Both the position numbers and the translations under genes were made by a program. A stretch of DNA of 52,078 nt, filler included, from Catajapyx aquilonaris (Eukaryota): assembly GCA_000934665.2 (NCBI GenBank). It is 2 parts of 2 records of this genome, joined end to end, with 100 filler letters (N's around TTAATTAATTAA, not from the genome) between each part and the next. Parts side by side here need not be neighbours in the genome. Positions count along the whole stretch, not along the records: positions 1 to 25,989 come from JYFJ02005273.1; 1 more part is not named here. One strand, 5' to 3'. The notes under the pieces are model-generated. The model had not been told where the DNA came from. It was given only the letters and a program-made list of their open reading frames with translations, and searched no databases. The first letter of the stretch is position 1, and every line of letters starts with the position of its first letter. Below are positions 1-11,922 of the stretch, piece after piece.

Positions 1-706
1 ATCTTCAATAATTTCGCGCATTGGTGGGTTTCTGCTCATCTATGGTGCAAATGTTCAGGGTGAGCGAATTACCATGCAGTTGGGCAAGTACATAAGTCAA
101 AGACCTATTAGCGCCTATATTCGAATTACGTTTGGGTGTCGAAAGGCCTCATGAGGTCACGCCACTGCGGGCACGATTTAGGGCGCTGGGGTCAACCTAC
201 AACCATCAGATTTGACCTCAGGCTTCCTTGAGCATGTAGTTTTCGTTTGACCTAGAATTATAATTATTGAAATCGTTTTAGTATTTTTTTGACGATTTCA
301 GAAAGATAACTACAAAATTAAGCAGTTTTGAGAAAACATTTATTAAAGTTACAAATAGAAGTAGTTCGAGCAGTATAATTCTTTTAGGCCGAATGATAGC
401 GCCAGGTTTGAGGATAAATCTGGTGAAGTGGGAAGTCCGTAGCTAAATTTTTGTGGCCTGGGCGATGCCCGCTGTGTCCAAATCCGGCAAAGTGAGAAAA
501 ACGCGTTTAAAGTTTAAAGATTCCAAAGGTTGTTCCCAGGCAAGGTTGCCAGGCGTCGGCTCCTGACGCGCCAATTGTTTGAATTTCGGGACGCGGTTTG
601 CCGCGTTCGAAGCAGGAAAAGACGCTTGATATTTTTTTTAAAAAAACAAAAAAACAAAAAACACACACACACCAAATTTTTGAAGGTCGATGACTGTAGT
701 GCCCCC
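1..706. mobile_element. Right end of a probable TTAA-targeting non-autonomous DNA transposon (Kolobok-like), truncated by the window start
   Basis: CpG-rich non-coding block ending ...TGACTGTAGTGCCCCC followed by TTAA (707-710); YY terminus plus TTAA is the Kolobok-type end. The partner end is outside the window. Confidence 0.35.
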
Positions 707-723
707 TTAAATAAATTAATCTA

Positions 724-1712
724 TAAGAGCAAGTCAAATGAAAGTACGCCAAGAAGATTATGTTGGGAAGTAGGCCTACCTTTATGTCGAAAAAAAAAAG
801 TCACCACCAGCATTGAGACATTTGTCCCACTGCCCCACTGACTGGTGATTCCATGTTCATAGAAGTCTCTTGGTTGCTGCATCAGAATTAGTGTAACTGC
901 CTCCTGGGTGTCAGTTTCTGACTTCATTTGCTTATTCAACTCACTGAAAATGGGAGAGTCACTGAAAGATCCAGGCCAGCCCCTAGACACTTCTATCCCA
1001 GCGCAATAGAAAAGGCCGATCCGTTATTCCTTCCCGCAGCGGCGCTAGTAAAAACAATGGAATCTCGCTGTGCGTGTCGTTCATTCGCCATAACAAACTA
1101 GCGACCCTGTCGGTACAACTCGTGCTACCAATAGCGTATACCAAGATGGCCGCAATATGGAGATGTTCACGATCCAGTTCACATCATGGCGACCTCCAGT
1201 CAGCGCCACGGCGGGATTGAGTAACGGATCGCAAGATGGCGGGGAGTTTCCCGACCTATCCTTCTAAGACAGTGATCCAGGCTGTAGAGAGAGTGGGCAA
1301 GACTTTCCCCATTGAACTTCCACAGCCTTTCCATTGACCACATCTGCTGTAACAGGGTACACATTGTTGGGCAACAAGATAACACTCTCAGAAATAAACC
1401 ACAGGGTTTGTTCTTGATTGCCCTGTGCAGGCAATGCAGAGTGGCACAATAGCAGGCAGCATTGACATTCTCACCATGTTCAGCATATTCAATGAGTAAT
1501 GGACCTTCACAGTCAAAAAAGCCAAAGTATGATGTCCAGGAGGCAATTACACTAATTTAGGTTCAGCAACCAAGGTGCTTCTATAAGCTTGGAATCACCA
1601 GGCTTGTTCATCAGTGGGATGTGGGGGCCTCAATGCTGGTGATGACTTTTTTTGACATGTTAATACGTACCAACATAATAGCCTTGCCTAACTTTCATTT
1701 GACTTGCGATTA
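724..1712 (-). mobile_element. Decayed mariner (DD34D-type) derivative with the 3' end duplicated in inverted orientation
   Basis: Terminal IR GCAAGTCAAATGAAAGT (729-745) / ACTTTCATTTGACTTGC (1691-1707) next to TA. Minus strand gives frameshifted mariner C-terminal motifs (FDCEGPLLIEYAEHGENVNAACYCATL, LAHSLYSLD similar to HPPYSPD, QWDKCLNAGGDFF). Plus strand ~1590-1655 repeats the GITRLVHQWD..LNAGDDFF end. Confidence 0.75.
999..1255. mobile_element. Small hairpin-forming insertion inside the mariner relic, 6-bp direct repeat CTATCC
   Basis: CTATCC at 993-998 and 1256-1261. Removing the insert restores a continuous frame (..CLRRI-EVSRGW..). Internal inverted repeat 1017-1046 / 1202-1231. Confidence 0.6.
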
Positions 1713-2056
1713 CACGGTTCTATAATATGCTGGTCTAGACCAACACTAAACCTCTACCTGTAAGTCTGAATGCATAAACAGTACTCATATGACTCTCTGC
1801 GGTGGTATAGAGAGGTTTAAGGACGACCCCATACCAATAAATCCTGTTATTGTGCATCAACATTGCACATTTCTGCTGGTAACATGTGACAGCAGCATTC
1901 CTCCATGTAGTGTCACAATCAAATGCTCAACTTGCAATTTTTGGTTTGTAAAACTGACATGCCAACAATTATGTTCTATCTGCTCAGGCATTCCAGAAGT
2001 AAGGATGTGTTGGTGCTGATGCAGTTTGATATGGATATTTTATTAACTTCATTTCC

Positions 2057-5000
2057 CTAGATGGGTAATCTGATAGAAACCTACCAAAGGCAAAATCAGG
2101 AGAACCCTGCTCTGTTGCAAAAAAATGTTCAGTTACATTTGTTATTCAATCCTATTTTTTTTACATGAGTGCAGGCATTATCTCGTCACATAACTTCACT
2201 TCCCATTCAAAAAACAACATGGCTTTGGTACCTCACTCCATCATGATTTATCATCATATTGCACCCTCCCTCAACCCTTTTACATGTAGTTTTAAAAAAA
2301 AAGTGTGAATTTCCAGCACAATAATGTAAGAAGCCCAGACATGCACATGCACTGATATAACTGACTGGGATATGACTACTTACCCTTACCACTATCCTTG
2401 GTATGACAGTGACATGTAAATTCATGTCTGCAACAACACATCCAATCAACTCCTGGATGGTTCCATGATGACTTTTAGATAATTTTCTCATTCTGGCAAT
2501 AACATCATCTGCCATTCTCTCTAGGCTAGATGCAAGAGCCACTTCCATCTCCAGCTGGTTGTATTTGGGACCCACACATACTGTTACTAAGTTGGTGTAG
2601 ATTCCCTCATCACAAAAGTATATCCCTGCCTGCTGGCCATCTCTAAAAGCCCGAATTGCCAATACAGCCACATCTGAACTGTTGAGTGGATCTTGTTTGT
2701 GGGACGTCATGATGCGCTCAAGTAGGTCCCTCAAGTGCTTTTTCTCGAGACAGCAGTTAGGAAGACGCGAGACACTATACAAGGCCTTGTATCCAGCCAA
2801 GTCTCCAACAGCGATAAGGACGTACAGGAAGTCTGCATATATGTCCAGTAACCCTGAGGAAACTTGGGAGAAAAAAAAGGTCATGAATATGTGGGGTGAC
2901 TGCACAAAGAAATTCCACAATAAAATAATGACATGGCATGAAATTATAGGGTGTTCCAAAATATTTCCATCATCATCCTATGGTTAGTTACGGAGCAGGA
3001 GAAAATAAATTTCATTTGGCCTCTTTAGCCTCATTAATGAGATAATTGGCACTGGTCAAAGGATGCACTATACTCCCCAATAAAGTCTACGAAAATTCAA
3101 TTCCTCTAGCAACTGTGGAATGACCAATCAAAACGCAACATCCACCAACGAAGCCATTTCGAGATATTCAACAAAATCCTATTGCTCCCAAATGGAATGT
3201 GACCAAGAACAAAATGAGCAGTACATTATGCCCATATGCAGAGGTGGTTAATGAAATCAGGAATTGTCTAGTCATAAGAAAAAAATTAATCAAAATTTGA
3301 CTTATTGCGTTTTGATTGGGTACATGTGTCAGATGTTACGTTTTGATCGATTATTATCATCATTGGCTGTATTATTAAACTGTGATAAATTCTTAGTTTC
3401 TTCTATCAGCAGGAACCATGATACCATATCCTTGACACTAATTACACAGCGCAACAAAAAAAAACTTTCGGCGTGTTATTCGGAAACCACTATTCACATC
3501 ATGTTAGTAGGACCCAAAGTAGCTGGGAAACGCCCGGGATTTCTCTCCCAAAATGTGCAGAGGGTCAGGGTGACCAAAAATCCGATAAATTCAAAATATT
3601 GACGTTTTTTGGCCTATTTCCCGGTCTGGCAACCACTGTAAGTTTCGGATTTTGTTTTTGCTGGCATTAGGTGTTACCTGGGTCTAGTCTGAAGCCACTA
3701 TGGTGTTTAAAGTAAATCTTTTATAGAAACTGTGGTTTTCCAGGGTCCTTTTTATGGAAAAAATTCCGTTTTTGGTACTTTTTCGTCAATTTTTGGGGAA
3801 CAGTGTATGGACTTTTTTTAAAAAAAAGTGGAGCGTAACGGGCTCTTTAGAGACCCTACAATCAAGAAATAATAGTAGAACTTTCCTATGCAACCCTAGT
3901 GCGCGTGTGCAAAAGCCTAATCTGGGGTAAAGTCGCGTTTTTTCGCATTTTTGGTGATTCGACTTTTTTCAACATTTAAAACCAAATATTCCTCGGCTTT
4001 AAAATATATGAATTCTTCTTAGTCTAACAAACTGTCAAGGACCCCCATAGTATGGAAAAAGACTGCGATTTCCATAAGCAACCCATGTATACGCGTACGC
4101 GTACAAAAAAATACACGCGTACATGGGTTGTTTATGGAAATCACAGTCTTTTTCCATACCATGGGGGTCCCTGACAGTTTGTTAGACTAAGAAGAATCCA
4201 TATATTTTAAAGCCGAGGAATATTTGGTTTTAAATGTTGAAAAAAGTCGAATCACCAAAAATGCGAAAAAACGCGACTTTACCCAAGATTAGGCTTTTGC
4301 ACACGCGCACTAGGGTTGCATAGGAAAGTTCTACTATTATTCCTTGATTGTAGGGTCTCTAAAGAGCCCGTTACGCTCCACTTTTTTTTAAAAAAAGTCC
4401 ATACACTGTTCCCCAAAAATTGACGAAAAAGTACCAAAAAACGGAATTTTTTCTATAAGAAGGACCCTGGAAAACCACAGTTTCTATAAAAGATTGACTT
4501 TAAACACCATAGTGGCTTCAGACTAGACCCAGGTAACACCTAATGCCAGCAAAAACAAAATCCTAAACTTACAGTGGTTGCCAGACCTGGAAATAGGCCA
4601 AAAAACGCCAATATTTTGAATGTTTCGGATTTTTGGTCACCCTGACCCCCTGCACATTTTGGGAGAGAAATCCCGGGCGTTTCCCAGCTACTTTGGGTCC
4701 TACTAACATGATGTGCGTAGTGGTTTCCGAATAACACGCCGAAAGTTTTTTTTTGTTGCGCTGTGTTATTATCTAAACACAATGCTAATCATGAGAACAT
4801 TATTAGCTATTAGTCTTCAAATTTTATTACTTATACACCCCTCCGGGTTGGAGCGAGTCGACGAGAACAACATACATACTACTGTAGTACTGTGTGGGTT
4901 GGTTAGCTTACTCTATGGGGTTGGTAAGATATCGGCGGCCATTTGTAATAGTTGCCCATCGCACTCTCCCATTGGCTGCTTGGTGCATGTTGCGTTTTGA

Positions 5001-8000
5001 AGTCGCCAGTATGGGTCACATATTACGTTTTGAAGCAACATTCCATTTTCCAACCCTTATAACACAGTAGATATTGCATTTAGAAATGTCACAATCTAAT
5101 CCTAACACACACGTAGACCCGAGCCTCAAGGACGTGCTACCACCTATAACTCGATTTTGAAAATTTCAGCGCTTGTTGCGTTTTGTTTGGTCACTCCACA
5201 ACTGTCTGCTACACTGAATGGAATGGCAGTTTCATTCCTAAAGGTTTTTGTGCATGGGTGTGTGTGTGTGGGGGGGGGGCGGGGAGAGAGAGAGAGAGAG
5301 AGAGAGAGTGCACACATACAGGGCGATCCAAAATACTTGTTCTTGGTTTTATTATTTTGCTCTATGGCTATTTCTTGGCCCTAAGCTGCTCATTTTTAAG
5401 CAGTTACTCTTGCAGAGTTACTTTCAGTAGTCATGAAAAGTATTAGCTGCTCATATTAGACCAAACTGAATCACACATCCATTATCTTAACCTTTTCAGT
5501 CTGGGAAAGCCTAATTGGGCTGTCACCATTAGTTTCCTGTTGGGTCCTTATCGCTTGCCTTTGGATGACTTGAGTCACAGAAAAATCCCACCCATGCATT
5601 GTAATCAGTGACACAGGCGGCTCCAGGTGACATGCTCATTATTATCGAGAGAATCCTAACTTAAACCATTAAGATATGTCTACAGCGCTTTCGAGTTATA
5701 AGGTTTTAAAATCCTAGCATTCTTTTCGATGACTCTGTATGACAGTATAAACAAGGCCTTTCAGGTCCGTAAAACTACCCTCCATTGCAAATTTCCTACT
5801 TCCGGTAACCTCGTATGACCTTGAGTCACTCGATGTCCTGTGCTTCTACAGAAAGCCTCAAACTTGAGGTCTTCTTTGATCATGCGAAACATGGTTATTG
5901 TTAGAATGTTCATCTCTGTTTCCACAATATTTTTCTTGAGGAGAGGATTTCGGCAAATTCTCTAGGCAACACCGTCAATGGTTGCTGGAGTTCTTCATGC
6001 ATGGGGACGACCAGCTCTTGGTCTGTCACCAACAGAGGACAGTTGGTTGTATCTCATGTTGGCACTATGAATAAATTTCTTGGATATTTGCAAAGGTTTC
6101 AGGAGAATGAAAATCTCACTTGGTGATATTCTGCACTTCTGCAGTGCGATCACTGTGACATGGTTCTGTTTGATGGCCCACTGCAAATTCAAAGTTAGGC
6201 TGCCTGACATGATTTGGCTTCTTAACAATACCAAAGTACCTGCTTGTCATGCCCAAAAATAAAAAAGTGAGAAGTTCCAGGAATCTATGTGGTTACAACC
6301 CAATTGAAGGGCTCCATGGAAGAAGGGGGTAACTAGATGGGAATTCCCATCTACTTACCCCCTTCTTCCACGGAGCCCTTCAATTGCTTTGTGGGACAGA
6401 ATTTTTGGCATGACTATGTATTTTATGTCTTACTCTCAAACTGTTCCTATATACTGAAGTAAATATCCTTACCAGTCCCAGAAAATTGGCAGAATGTAAG
6501 AAGATGAAATGCAGCAACAAACATCTTAGTTGCAGTCTGGATGCTTATATTGACTGTTGTTTCATCAGTGTCATCTTTTGATGTTACTGCCTTGGTAGCA
6601 TCATCACTCCTAACAACAGATGTTTGCAATTCTCCTTCTGCTGTAGTTTCAGTCTCTTCACCCTCACAATGCTCGAATGTCATCTCCCACACCAACAAGC
6701 ACTTCTTTGAAGCCTCACGTCCTTCTCCATGGTAGTTATTCCCCCGTCTACCTTCATTCATGCCACAAGAAGACTGTTTTCGATCCAGTAAGAAGTCCAC
6801 TGAAGGAGCACGTAGTTTTCCTTTCACACTATTTACATAAATTGTCTTAATGATGAACATGAGTGTCTTGAACAGTTCACGACATGCTTTACCAGTCAGG
6901 AAATGATCATATTTGTGCATCAGGACATAACCTGAAAAATATATACAAGACAGGTATAAGGATATGTGTCTTAAAACAACAATAAAATTGTCTATAAGCT
7001 ATACCATGACATGCATTTATCATTAACCTTAATTAGACAGGTGTTTTGATAATTACTTTGTTAATTTGGGAGGGGGTAGCTAAACAACCTGCAGACTTGT
7101 TAATGATATGCATGGGGCATGAGTATGTTCAAAGTATACATCTTGAGCTGATAAAAGGATATGACAGTTCACCTCACAGCAAGCAAAAAACCCTATGTAC
7201 AGGTTTGGAGTACTGGGCACTCCACCAGCGGCACTACTATCCGTTTATTTAATATAGAGCCCTGTGTTTGACTCTAAACAACTCCCAGGCAAATTATCCA
7301 AAAAAATAATGGTATGTATCATTAGAAAGCTTGTTTAAATACACGTTACATAATATATACGAGTTGTTTTCCCATCGTCAGTCTCTAATTTTTTATCATA
7401 GAAAGAAGGCGGAAAAGCGTCATTTTTTGACTAGTTGCCGACGTTACACTGCAAAGTGAATTTTTTACGACACTTTCAGGAGGCCAAAAAAATCCACCTG
7501 TGAACCCTGGATAGTGCACATCTTTGTCTATCTAATGATATATTTGAAACATTGAGATTGCCATTTCTGTAATCATAATTAAGTTAATTGCACACCTCTG
7601 GTATTTTGGCTGTTTATAATCCAAATTACTTCGCGAATGTATCGACGGCAAGCCAGAAATGTGCGTGATAAGATTACACTGTACTCTATTACACTAAATA
7701 TTTTAAAAGTATTTAAAAGTATCGCCTTCTATTCCCGCCAGAAAGCAGGCTGGGTCATTTTCTATTAAACTTACTAACACAATAGTACTTTTAAAATTTT
7801 TAGTGTAATAGAGCACAGTGTAATCTTATCACGCACATTTCTGGCTTGCCGTCGATACATTCGCTTAGTAATTTGGATTATAAACAGCCAAAATACCAGA
7901 GGTGTGCAATTAACTTAATTATGATTACAGAAATGGCAATCTCAATGTTTCAAATATATCATTAGATAGACAAAGATGTGCACTATCCAGGGTTCACATG

Positions 8001-11000
8001 TGGATTTTTTTGGCCTCCTGAAAGTGTCATAAAAAATTCACTTTGCAGTGTAACGTCGGCAACGAGTCAAAAAATGACGCTTTTCCGCCTTCTTTTTATG
8101 ATAAAAAATTAGAGACTGACGATAGGAAAACAACTCGCATATATGTAACGTGGATTTAAACAAGCTTTCTAACGATACATACCATTATTTTTTTGGATAA
8201 TTTGCCTGGGAGTTGTTTAGAGTCAAACCCAGGGCTCTATGTTAAATAAACTGATAGTAGTAGAATTATTGCTTTCAGCACATCATTTTTTTTTTGTAAC
8301 ACAGATCTTTTCAATGCAATCCACACCAATAAATAGCATGGTGACCGCCTACCCAGCATCATTTGACTGAGAAAACTCCAGGGGCCTCGGCAGGGTAAGA
8401 AGCAGCACACTATCTGCAAGGCCTACATTGTCAGCATGCAGAAATGACCCACCTTGTAGAAGTGGCACAGTCATTCAAGGGCCATTTCTCTTAACCTCAC
8501 AGTTAATGATAATAATAATTAATGGCTGATTGCACCCGTCCAAAATTCAGGTACAGACATGGGTGTACCCTTGTTATTGTTTGTTCGTTGTTCCCAGCAA
8601 TTAACCCCTTCACTACCAGCTATGCTGAAAACTCCTAGATTTTCGCTTAGTTGTACACACTCTGAACATAAGGACAAGATATTTCACAAATACGTAATAA
8701 CAGTTATACTTACACGTTCATGCTCTACACATTATGTGTTGGAGACAATTTTCCTCGTCTAGAAGTCCCTCAATTAATTTTCAAAAAGCTTGCCTTAAAA
8801 ACTCGAAATTCAAGTACTACCGATCAACTGTTAGGCTGATTTAATTACGAAATATGTTACAATATACGGATTATAAACCTGGAGAACTGTGCCTGCCGAA
8901 TTTGCTGAAATAATCGTACTTCGTGAGAATTAAATTAATACAGGGTGTCCACAAATGATGGGGCCAAAGTAAAAAAATTCTAGAAAATGCAACATACAAA
9001 GTACAACTCCCATGCATATCTCATAGCAAAGAGGAAGGTTGAAAGTTGTTTTTTTGACATATCTCACCACATGAAATGATTAGTGCCGTGCCATCTAGCA
9101 GTTAAAAATAGTGTCGGCGGAGGAAAAGGCTTGGTGCGTGCTGCAGAGGTTAATGCCACAGCTGCAAGAAGATGCCCCGGATTTCATCTTTCAACATGAT
9201 GGAGCACCTCCGCATTTCCATCTCCATGTCCGCGATTACCTGAATCGGCTACTGCCTCAAAGGTGGATCGGGGTGTTCCACTAAGAGCGATGCAGTGTTT
9301 CGGGCTTGGCCACCCCGTTCACCGGATTTGACGCCGTCTGATTTTTTTGTGGAGGTACATTAAGGATGCAGTGTTTGTGGCACACCTCCCGAGATCTTCG
9401 GCCAAACTAAAGCACCGCATCACTTCTGTCATGGCTTCCATAACGCCGGACATGCTACAATGCACCGATTTCTGGTTAAACGCCTGCCGTGTCACACGCA
9501 GTGCTCATATCGAGGGTTTGTATGTATGTAAAAAAACTTTCAACCTTCCTCTTTGATATGAGATATGTACGGGAGTTGTGCCTTGTATGTTGCATTTTCT
9601 AGAATTATTTTACTTTGGCCCCATCATTTGTCGACACCCTGTACTTATCTGCGGGTTGCCTGTTACTTCGGAAAATTCCGAAATTTATTTAATTGTAGCA
9701 AAGTATGACGATCTCAAAAAATTAGTCTGGCACTTTCTCAAGGCAGGTATTCCATATATTATCACGCATTTCGGGGGGCGTGGTGGCCGTGATGGTAACG
9801 TCACCAGGTTCGATCCCCGCCTGGGGAACTTTCCTTTCACCTGCGTCAGGAGGGTCTCTAAACTGCACCAAGGAGGTGTCTGGCAACCTAACCTCCTGGG
9901 GGACAGCACATGGCCCAATAGCAAATGACACTGCATCTTGCACACATGTTCATAGTGTTTTCTCTGAACGTGGTAAGTATAGCTGTTATTATTTGTAAAA
10001 TATCATGTCCATATCTTCAGAGTACGCTTAAGCCAAAATCTACATGGTTTGGGCCTATCTGGTAGCAAAGGGGTTAATAAAATGTCCCAGCATGAAAAGC
10101 CTAAAAAATTCTTTATTCAGTTAAGTTACTCACGGTATATGGTAGATATTGCTGCGTATCCTCTACCTTCTTGAAGGTAGGACTTCACAATAGCCACAGA
10201 TACATGAAGAGAGCCACTGGGGCATAGTTCAATGGGCTGAAAAGAAAGTAATATATCAAATTCAACAAAATCAACTAAGAAATGGTAAAGGACATATGAA
10301 GACCTCGGGGAAAGATCAATCAAGCTCCACTTTTTGTCAAAAATGAGTTACATATCTCAGAAGATACTTTCACTAGTGCAGAATATTACGGTTTGGTCGT
10401 GGTTGTGGAGTAATGATCATAGGTCACTATGGAAGGCCACAAAAGTGGGATTTACAATGGAGCCTTATGGGCCTTCGAAATTTAAAATGGGATTATCTCA
10501 GTTTCACCCGAAGTGGACCTAGATTGATTTTCTCCCGAGGTCTTCATATCTCGGATGCGCGGGAAAAAGAGCACAAGTCAAAGATTTGACTTGTGCTATT
10601 TTTCCCGCGCATCCGAGGTATCTAAATGCCATGGAAAGGGCAAGCTTAGGCGAGTAACAGGCAGAGGTAATGCAGCAAAGCACAAATGATTAACACAGCA
10701 TAGGACAAGTGATTAACACAGCATAGTTTTTGTAGCCAATGCCTTGTGTGTGTGTATGTTGTCATATCTTACACTTTGGGATGCACAGAGGGACAGTAAA
10801 GGGGCATTTCCATTAAAAGAGCTCAACAGCTGAGAAGTGATTGGTCCAAGCTTCTGCCTGATGTCCATGCACTACTGGTGGAACCAGCCCTAAGACATTT
10901 ATTTGTAGTATAAAATCAGATTTGCAATGCCAATGTCAACAACACAGCCTAGCCTAACCAGTCGGCAAGTAGAAGGCATTCCGTTTTGCTGCCTGTTGGT

Positions 11001-11866
11001 TTTGCTGCGTTCCTTTGTCCCCTACTTGGTAAAGGTACCACGGCCTGGTCTCCAGGGATAATTCCAATGTACGCACCCCAGCTCAGTGTGACCAGTCGGC
11101 ACTCTGTTCATTCTATTCCAACCCACCCATTTCTGCAAGTAACTGACCAGCGTCCCAATTTTTTTTTTTTTTTGTATTGGTCTCAAGAGGGCAACAAGAA
11201 GACTATTCCTCATTGTTCACTGAATGCTCATTGCAACAATCCAGATAACTGATGAGGACATGTTGTGGAGGACATTTGAGGGGTGTGGTGGAAAAACATG
11301 ATAACTGACAAAGGTGTACTTTTGCAGGAGAGCAAATTGAAGTTTGGATTTTCTTAACAAATCATAGGGAATGCTGGTTTTGATCTAGTCCGTGTGGCCC
11401 TCGCGCATGAAAGTGAACTTGAAGTATACCAAACTGTTTGTCATGTCTTATACATAGTTGCTAGGTGTTTAGGTCAAAAATGACAAAAATGTCAGTTATC
11501 ATGTTTTCCACCGCACCCCTCATTTGATAATATGGAGTGTCACGTTCAAGTGCACCTGGATGTCAGTGGAGAATTATTCCAGCATTTTTTGTGAATGGTG
11601 CCACATTCCCATGAACTAAAGTAAGTTCTTAATAGGGTTCTTAAATGGTGGTCTAGCGGTTACGCAGCTGGCCAGCCAAGCGGGAGGCCGGGGTTCAATT
11701 CCCGTCCCCGTCACCTCTGCTTGGCCAGGTCTTTTTCCGCTTTTCTGCCGACATGCCGGAGCAGAATTGCATGCCCTTCTCTGCTCGGGGCCAGGAGAAA
11801 AGGCCTGGTGTTAAAGAATGTCAGAAATGGCTATCGCACGGCGCCCTCCCTCGGGAACTTCCCCCC

Positions 11867-11922
<56 letters not shown>

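Larger units (their letters stand above)
8605..10073. mobile_element. Old piggyBac-like non-autonomous element carrying nested insertions
   Basis: TTAA-CCCCTT (8601-8610) and AAGGGG-TTAA (10068-10077), with ~120-bp diverged inverted termini. Confidence 0.7.

Noticed and set aside
3445..3475. RAG recombination-signal-like end (CACAGCG plus A-rich tract)
   Set aside because: No 12/23 spacer to a proper nonamer, and the TSD is 3 bp rather than the 5 bp of Transib/ProtoRAG
3473..4782. Pairs of near-identical ORFs on opposite strands (also 14715/16480, 24018/24422, 42621/42696)
   Set aside because: By-products of palindromic MITE arms, not duplicated genes
11646..11715. Possible tRNA genes here and at 9773, 11932, 13053 and 17800-17875
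   Set aside because: A and B boxes are present but the cloverleaf is degenerate and each continues into a repeated body, tail or TSD, so these are SINE heads
11868..11921. Poly-Asn / poly-Ile / poly-Leu ORFs
   Set aside because: Translation of the (AAT)n SINE tail
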